From the NCBI GenBank assembly GCA_963826115.1, contig CAWGVS010000005.1, forward strand, positions 1,792,001 to 1,856,000: a DNA stretch of 64,000 bases. The letters run 5' to 3'. This stretch comes from an uncultured Candidatus Rokubacteria bacterium (GTDB lineage Bacteria > Methylomirabilota > Methylomirabilia > Rokubacteriales > DASRDR01). The position numbers and the translations under genes are program-made. Within the stretch, counting starts at the first letter, position 1; each line of letters begins with the position of its first letter. Of the stretch, positions 58,001 to 64,000 are shown piece after piece. Below the pieces are notes generated by a model, which worked only from the letters and a program-made list of their open reading frames with translations, searched no databases and had not been told where the DNA came from.

Positions 58001-61000
58001 ATGAAGGCCCCGACAGACCGCAAACCGCTCCCGTCCCGGTATCTCGTCGTTCTCGTCGTCCTGGTTGGCGGCGTGGCGCTGGCATCGGGTCTCGTCGACC
58101 TCTACTTCATGTCCGAGGGGGGAGACGCGCCGGCGGCGTTCGTCCGATACGCCGTCATGGCCGTGGTGGGCCTCGGCCTCTCGATCGCGGCCGCCCGCCT
58201 GCTCCTTCGGCAAGCGGCCGACCCGGAGGCCCACGCCGTCCTCGTGCGGCAAACGGAGGCGCAGGGCCGCCAGCTCGCTGCCGCCCGGGCGAGCCTGGCC
58301 GAGTCCCTGGAGCAGCAGACCGCGACCGGCGAGGTCCTGCGGGTCATCTCGAGCTCGCCGACGGACGTCCAGCCGGTGTTCGACACGATCGCGCGGAGCG
58401 GGGCGCGGCTCTGCCAGGGCGAGCTCGGCTTCGTGTTCCAGTTCGACAACGCCATGCTCCACTTCGTGGCCCACAGCGGGCTCACCCCCGCGGGCGTCGA
58501 GGCCCTCCGCGGCGCCTGGCCGATGGCGCCGAGCCGGGGGAGCGCCGCGGGGCGGGCGATCCTCGACCGCCGGGTGGCGCACATCCCGGACGTCCAGGCC
58601 GATCCGGAGTACGTCCTGGCCGGCGTGGCCGAGGTCGCGACGTTTCGCGGCACGGTCGGGGTCCCCATGCTCCGCGATGGCGCGCCGATCGGCGCGATCA
58701 CCGTCTCGCGGTCCCAGGCCGGCCCGTTCTCCGACCGGCAGATCGAGCTCCTCAGGACGTTCGCCGACCAGGCCGTCATCGCCGTCGAGAACGCTCGCCT
58801 CTTCACCGAGGTCCAGGCCCGGAACCGGGACCTGACGGAGGCCCTCGAGCGTCAGACGGCCACGAGCGAGGTGCTCAAGGTCATCAGCCGGTCCGCGTTC
58901 GACCTGCAGCCGGTGCTCGAGGTCCTGGCCGAGAACGCCACACGGCTCTGCGCCGCGGAGTGGTGTCTCGTCTACCGGTTCGACGGCGAAGCGCTGCGGG
59001 TCGTGGCTCACCATGGCGCGCCTCCCGAGCTGATCGCGTCCTTCTCGGTCGGTGGACAGGGGGCCACGCTGTACCCCGGCGCCGGGTCCGTCACGGGCCG
59101 CGCCGCGATGAGCCGTCAGACCGTGCACGTCCCCGACGTCCTGGCGGATCCGCTCTACGAGACCGCCGATGCGCAGCGGCACGGGGGATTCCGGGCGGCG
59201 CTCGGCGTGCCCATGCTCCGCAACGGCAACGTCGTCGGGGTCTTCTTCCTGTCGCGAAACCAGCCTCGGCCCTTCACCGCGGATCAGATCGAGCTGGTGT
59301 CGACCTTCGCCGACCAGGCCGTCATCGCGATCGAGAACGTCCGCCTCTTCACGGAGCTCGAGGCCCGGAACCAGGACCTCACCGAGACCCTCGAGCAACA
59401 GACGGCGACGGCCGAGATCCTCCGCGTCATCAGCAGCTCGCCCACCGACGTCCAGCCGGTGTTCGACTCGATCGCCGAGAGCGCGGTGAGGCTGTGCGAG
59501 GCGGAGGTGGCCACGGTCACGCGCTACGACGGCGAGCTGCTGCACGTCGGCGCCATCTACGGCTCGAGCGCCGAGGGAGTCGAGGCGCTCCGGAGAACGT
59601 TCCCCATGCGCCCGAGCGGCGCGGGAGGGGCGGCGCGCGCCGTTCGCGACCGCGCGCTCGTCCACATCCCCGACGTCCTGACGGATCCCGAGTACCGGAT
59701 CCAGACGGCCGCTCTCACGGCCGGCTTCCGCGGGCTGGTCGGTGTCCCGATGCTCCGGGAAGGCGCCGCCATCGGAGCCATCACGCTCGGCCGGGCGAAG
59801 GCCGGCGGGTTCAGCGACACGCAGATCCAGCTGCTTCGCACGTTCGCCGACCAGGCGGTCATCGCCGTCGAGAACGTCCGCCTCTTCCAGGAGCTCGAGA
59901 CCCGAAACCGTGACCTCAGCGAGGCGCTCGAGCAGCAGACGGCCACCGCGGAGATCCTCCAGGCGATCTCCGGCTCGCCGACGGACATCCAGCCGGTGCT
60001 GGACACCGTGGTCCGCGCGGCGGCCCGCTTCTGCGGGGCGTCCGACGTGGTGATCCTGCGGCTCGACGGGACGACACTTCGCGGGGCGGCCGGCGTCGGG
60101 CGGCTCCACGACGTGGTCGTCGGCCAGATCGGAAGCCTGGCGAGGCTCGAGATTCCGGTCGCGCGCGGGTCGGTGGCGGGCCGCGCGGCCGTGGACCGGC
60201 GGACGATACACGTCGCCGACCTCGCCGCCGAGAGCGACGACGAGTACCCCGAGGGCCGCGCGATGCAGCGGAGCTTCGGACATCACACGATGACGGCGAC
60301 TCCCCTCCTGCGCGAGGGGGTGCCCATCGGAGTGATCGCCCTCTTCCGGATGGCCGTGGAGCCCTTCTCGGACCGGCAGCTCGCGCTGCTGCGCCTCTTC
60401 GCCGACCAGGCGGTCATCGCCATCGAGAACGTCCGTCTGTTCACGGAGCTCGAGACCAAGAACCGGGACCTCACCGAGACCCTCGAGCAGCAGACCGCCA
60501 CCAGCGAGGTCCTGAAGGTCATCAGCCGATCCACCTTCGACCTTCAACCCGTGTTGGAGGCGCTCATCGAGAGCGCCACGCGGCTCTGCGGCGCCACCCG
60601 GGGCCACATCTTCCGGTTCGACGGCGAGTTCCTGCGCTTCGCGGCCGCCTACGGGGCCTGGCCTGGCTTCACCGAGTACCTGGAGCGGAACCCGATCCGA
60701 CCCGGGCCCGGATCCGTCGCCGGCCTCGCCGGCTCCGAACGTCGGGTCGTCCACGTCAGCGATGTGCTGAAGGAGCCCGAGTACCAGCACGGAGGGCTGA
60801 TCCGAGCCCAGGACTTCCGGGCGGTCCTGGCGGTGCCGATCCTGCGCGAAGGGGCCCTCCGCGGCGTCATCGTCATCCTAAAGTCCAAGGCCGAGCCGTT
60901 CTCGGACCGGCAGATCGAGCTGGTCACGACGTTCGCCGACCAGGCCGTCATCGCCATCGAAAACGTCCGTCTCTTCCAGGAGCTCGAGGCGCGGAACCAA

Positions 61001-64000
61001 GACCTCACCGCGACCCTCGAGCAGCAGACCGCCACCAGCGAGGTCCTGCGGGTCATTTCCGGCTCGCCGACCGACGTCCAGCCGGTCTTCGACACCATCG
61101 CGCGGAGCGCGGCGCAGCTCTGCGGGGCGGAGTTCGCCTGGGTCTTCCGCGTCGACGGAACAATGCTCGCCTTCGTCGCGCACCACGGACTCTCGCCCGC
61201 CGCGCTCGCCGAGGTCCGGCGAGTCTCCCCCATGCCCCTGGGACGGGGAAGCGCCGCCGCGCGATCGGTTCTGAGCCGGGCCGTCCAACACATTCCGGAC
61301 GTCCAGGTCGAACCCGACTACGAGCTCGGCCCGACGGCGAACGTGATGACCTTCCGCAGCATCGTCGCCGTGCCGATGCTGCGGGACGGCCTCCCGCTCG
61401 GGTCGATCGTCGTGGCGCGGGCCGCCGCCGGGGCGTTCCACGATCGCCAGATCGACCTGCTCAAGACGTTCGCCGATCAGGGCGTCATCGCCGTCGAGAA
61501 CGTCCGCCTCTTCACGGAGCTGGAGGCGCGCAACAAGGATCTCACCGCGACCCTCGAGCAGCAGACCGCCACCGGCGAGATCCTGCGGGTCATCTCGAGC
61601 TCCCCCACCGACGTCCAGCCGGTCTTCGACACCATCGCCGTGCGGGCGATGCACCTCTGCGCCGCGAGCGTCGGCTCGGTCCTGACGTTCGACGGCGAGC
61701 TCGTCCACATCGCCGCGCTCGCGAACGTGAATCCCGAGGGAGCCGCCGCGCTGCGGAGCGCGTTCCCGATGCGACCGAGCCTCCGGAGCGGGAGCGCCCG
61801 CGCGGTCCTGACGGGGGCTCCCGTGCACATCCCCGACAACCGCGCCGAGACGGGATACGAGATCGCGTTCCAGGCGGGCGCCGGCGGCTTCCGGAGCGTC
61901 CTCTCCTTGCCGATGCTGCGCGACGGAAAGGCCATCGGCTGCGTGACGGTGGGGCGTCCCGCGCCGGGGCAGTTCACGGATCGGCAGATCGCGCTCCTCA
62001 AGACATTCGCCGATCAAGCGGTGATCGCCATCGAGAACGTCCGCCTCTTCAGGGAGCTGGAGGCGCGCAACACGGAGTTGACCGGGACCCTCGCGCGGCA
62101 GACCGCCACCGGCGAGGTCCTCCGTGCCATCAGCCGCGCCCAGACCGATGCCCAGCCGGTGTTCGACATCATCGCGGCGAGCGCGCTCCGGCTGTGTCAC
62201 GGCGGTCACAGCGGCGTCTGGCTTTACGACGGCGACCTGATCCATCTGGCCGCGCTCGAGAACGTCCGCCCGGAAGGCGCCAAGGCGATCCGCGGCGACT
62301 TCCCGCGACGCGCCGACGAGCGCAGCATCACGGGCCGGGCGATCATCACCCGCAGCGTCGTCCAGGTACACGACGTGCTCGAGGATCCCGCGTACGCGCT
62401 CAAGGACCAATCCAGGACCGTCGGATACCGGAGCTTTCTGTCGACTCCCATGCTCAAGGCCGGCAAACCGATCGGGGCGATTGGCGTCGGACGACCCGAG
62501 CCCGGGCCGTTTCCGGATAGCCAGGTCGAACTCCTCAAGACCTTCGCTGACCAGGCCGTCATCGCCATCGAGAACGTCCGCCTCTTCAAGGAACTGGAGA
62601 CACGCAACCGCGACCTCACCGAGACGCTGGAGCAACAGACCGCCACCGGCGAGGTCCTGAAGGTCATCAGCCGCTCGACGTTCGATCTCCAGCCGGTCCT
62701 GGAGACGCTGATCGAGTACACGGCGCGGCTCGGGAGCGCGGACGGCGGCGCGGTCTACCGGTTCGACGGGCAGCTTCAGCGGCTGGCGGCCGGCTACAAC
62801 CTCGCGCCCGACCTCCGGGAGTACGTGGAGCAGCACCCCCTGGTTCCGGGAGGAGGAACGGCCGTCGGGCGAGCCATGCTCGAGGGCCGGACCGTCCACA
62901 TCCACGACGTGCTGGCCGACCCCGGCTACACATACCCGGCCAAGAGCCTCGGCGGCTACCGGACGATCCTGGGCGTCCCCATGCTCCGGGAAGGCGTGCC
63001 GATCGGGGTCCTGTCGGTCTGGCGGACCCGGGTCGAGCCGTTCACCGACCGGCAGATAGAGCTGGTCACGACCTTCGCGGACCAGGGCGCCATCGCCATC
63101 GAGAACGTGCGTCTGTTCCAGGCGCTCGAGGTCCGCAACCGCGACCTGACCGAGAGCCTGGAGCAGCAGACGGCGACCGGCGAGGTCCTCCGGGTGATCT
63201 CCGCCTCGCCGACCGACGTCCAGCCGGTGTTCGACGCCATCGCCCGGAACGCCGCGCGGCTCTGCGAGGCGCAGTTCTGCTTCGTCTACCGGTTCGACGG
63301 CGACCTCCTGCACTTCGTCGCCCACCATGGAGTCACGGAAGAGGGGGCGGAGACGGTCCGACGGGCGTTCCCCGCGCCGCCCAGTCGCGGCAGCGCGGCG
63401 GCCCGCGCGGTCCTGGACCGCGCGATCACGCAGATCCCGGACGTCCAGGCGGACCCGAGCTTCGCCCTCAGCGCCACCGCGACGCTCGCCGGTTACCGAA
63501 GCGCGGTCGGCGTCCCGATGCTCCGCGACGGCCTCCCCATCGGGTCCATCGCCGTCGCGCGCTCTCAGGTCGGGCTCCTCCCCGAGCGGCAGGTCGACCT
63601 GCTGAGGACCTTCGCCGACCAGGCCGTCATCGCCATCGAGAACGTCCGACTGTTCCAGGAGCTCGAGACGCGGACGCAGGAGCTGACACGCTCGGTGGGC
63701 GAGCTGCGGGCGCTGGGCGAGGTCAGCCAGGCCGTCAGCTCGACGCTCGACCTCGACACCGTGCTGGCGACGATCGTCAGCGCGCGCCGTCGAGCTCTCC
63801 GGCAGCCACAGCGGGATCATCTACGAGTTCGACGAGCCCTCGCAGACCTTCAGCGCGCGGGCCAGTCACAACCTCACGCCCGAGCACCTAGCGGTCCTCC
63901 GGGCCTCGCCGATTCATCTCGGGGAGGGCGCGATGGGACGGGCCGGGGCCCTTCGCGAGCCCGTCGAGGTGTCGGATATCCAGGACGAGCACCAGACGGT
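58001..64000 (+). CDS. Giant multi-GAF sensor protein (2 TM, 10 tandem GAF modules, start of an 11th; output domain beyond window), apparent frameshift near 63782
   Basis: ATG 58001. In-frame L(E/A)xQTAT helices at 58307, 58844, 59390, 59927, 60482, 61016, 61553, 62090, 62627 and 63158, each module ending FADQ(A/G)(V/A)IA(I/V)EN(V/A)RLF. Confidence 0.9.
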   Translation, partial: MKAPTDRKPLPSRYLVVLVVLVGGVALASGLVDLYFMSEGGDAPAAFVRYAVMAVVGLGLSIAAARLLLRQAADPEAHAVLVRQTEAQGRQLAAARASLAESLEQQTATGEVLRVISSSPTDVQPVFDTIARSGARLCQGELGFVFQFDNAMLHFVAHSGLTPAGVEALRGAWPMAPSRGSAAGRAILDRRVAHIPDVQADPEYVLAGVAEVATFRGTVGVPMLRDGAPIGAITVSRSQAGPFSDRQIELLRTFADQAVIAVENARLFTEVQARNRDLTEALERQTATSEVLKVISRSAFDLQPVLEVLAENATRLCAAEWCLVYRFDGEALRVVAHHGAPPELIASFSVGGQGATLYPGAGSVTGRAAMSRQTVHVPDVLADPLYETADAQRHGGFRAALGVPMLRNGNVVGVFFLSRNQPRPFTADQIELVSTFADQAVIAIENVRLFTELEARNQDLTETLEQQTATAEILRVISSSPTDVQPVFDSIAESAVRLCEAEVATVTRYDGELLHVGAIYGSSAEGVEALRRTFPMRPSGAGGAARAVRDRALVHIPDVLTDPEYRIQTAALTAGFRGLVGVPMLREGAAIGAITLGRAKAGGFSDTQIQLLRTFADQAVIAVENVRLFQELETRNRDLSEALEQQTATAEILQAISGSPTDIQPVLDTVVRAAARFCGASDVVILRLDGTTLRGAAGVGRLHDVVVGQIGSLARLEIPVARGSVAGRAAVDRRTIHVADLAAESDDEYPEGRAMQRSFGHHTMTATPLLREGVPIGVIALFRMAVEPFSDRQLALLRLFADQAVIAIENVRLFTELETKNRDLTETLEQQTATSEVLKVISRSTFDLQPVLEALIESATRLCGATRGHIFRFDGEFLRFAAAYGAWPGFTEYLERNPIRPGPGSVAGLAGSERRVVHVSDVLKEPEYQHGGLIRAQDFRAVLAVPILREGALRGVIVILKSKAEPFSDRQIELVTTFADQAVIAIENVRLFQELEARNQDLTATLEQQTATSEVLRVISGSPTDVQPVFDTIARSAAQLCGAEFAWVFRVDGTMLAFVAHHGLSPAALAEVRRVSPMPLGRGSAAARSVLSRAVQHIPDVQVEPDYELGPTANVMTFRSIVAVPMLRDGLPLGSIVVARAAAGAFHDRQIDLLKTFADQGVIAVENVRLFTELEARNKDLTATLEQQTATGEILRVISSSPTDVQPVFDTIAVRAMHLCAASVGSVLTFDGELVHIAALANVNPEGAAALRSAFPMRPSLRSGSARAVLTGAPVHIPDNRAETGYEIAFQAGAGGFRSVLSLPMLRDGKAIGCVTVGRPAPGQFTDRQIALLKTFADQAVIAIENVRLFRELEARNTELTGTLARQTATGEVLRAISRAQTDAQPVFDIIAASALRLCHGGHSGVWLYDGDLIHLAALENVRPEGAKAIRGDFPRRADERSITGRAIITRSVVQVHDVLEDPAYALKDQSRTVGYRSFLSTPMLKAGKPIGAIGVGRPEPGPFPDSQVELLKTFADQAVIAIENVRLFKELETRNRDLTETLEQQTATGEVLKVISRSTFDLQPVLETLIEYTARLGSADGGAVYRFDGQLQRLAAGYNLAPDLREYVEQHPLVPGGGTAVGRAMLEGRTVHIHDVLADPGYTYPAKSLGGYRTILGVPMLREGVPIGVLSVWRTRVEPFTDRQIELVTTFADQGAIAIENVRLFQALEVRNRDLTESLEQQTATGEVLRVISASPTDVQPVFDAIARNAARLCEAQFCFVYRFDGDLLHFVAHHGVTEEGAETVRRAFPAPPSRGSAAARAVLDRAITQIPDVQADPSFALSATATLAGYRSAVGVPMLRDGLPIGSIAVARSQVGLLPERQVDLLRTFADQAVIAIENVRLFQELETRTQELTRSVGELRALGEVSQAVSSTLDLDTVLATIVSARRRALRQPQRDHLRVRRALADLQRAGQSQPHARAPSGPPGLADSSRGGRDGTGRGPSRARRGVGYPGRAPDG

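Noticed and set aside
58307-63700. Periodic DNA repeats as a CRISPR array or DGR
   Set aside because: The roughly 537-bp period is in-frame coding GAF linkers. There are no cas or reverse-transcriptase genes and no adenine-specific variation.
1-64000. tRNA, rRNA, prophage or integrase genes
   Set aside because: None were recognisable, and the intergenic spaces are short and mostly explained.

Overview
This is a very GC-rich, gene-dense bacterial chromosomal window. The multi-GAF sensor style and gene content resemble Ca. Rokubacteria/Methylomirabilota, which is inference only. From left to right it holds: the 5' end of an aryl-polyene/flexirubin-like lipid cluster (truncated at the left edge); housekeeping genes (dapF, citrate synthase, acyl-CoA ligase, corA); an M16-peptidase pair bracketing an efflux/decarboxylase/LLM operon; an IS1202(ISNCY)-type remnant; a 1.5-kb lower-GC islet flanked by 24-bp direct repeats; a B12-dependent 2-hydroxyisobutyryl-CoA mutase locus (hcmB, hcl, hcmA); purine genes (purK, purE, purD, purH, purN), thiI, mobA, tsaC and a polyamine-type ABC importer; and a >6-kb gene with 10 tandem GAF modules running off the right edge. 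The main hidden signal is the DsrE-family gene after hcmA, which reads through an in-frame TGA in a UxxC motif followed by a SECIS-like hairpin (probable selenoprotein). Other hidden signals are an in-frame TAG in a VOC gene in the same locus, an unannotated 44-aa ArfA-like basic protein before thiI, and repeated leaderless-type promoters. Three single-base frameshifts suggest long-read assembly errors. I saw no rRNA, tRNA or CRISPR. All family assignments come from motif recognition, not database searches.
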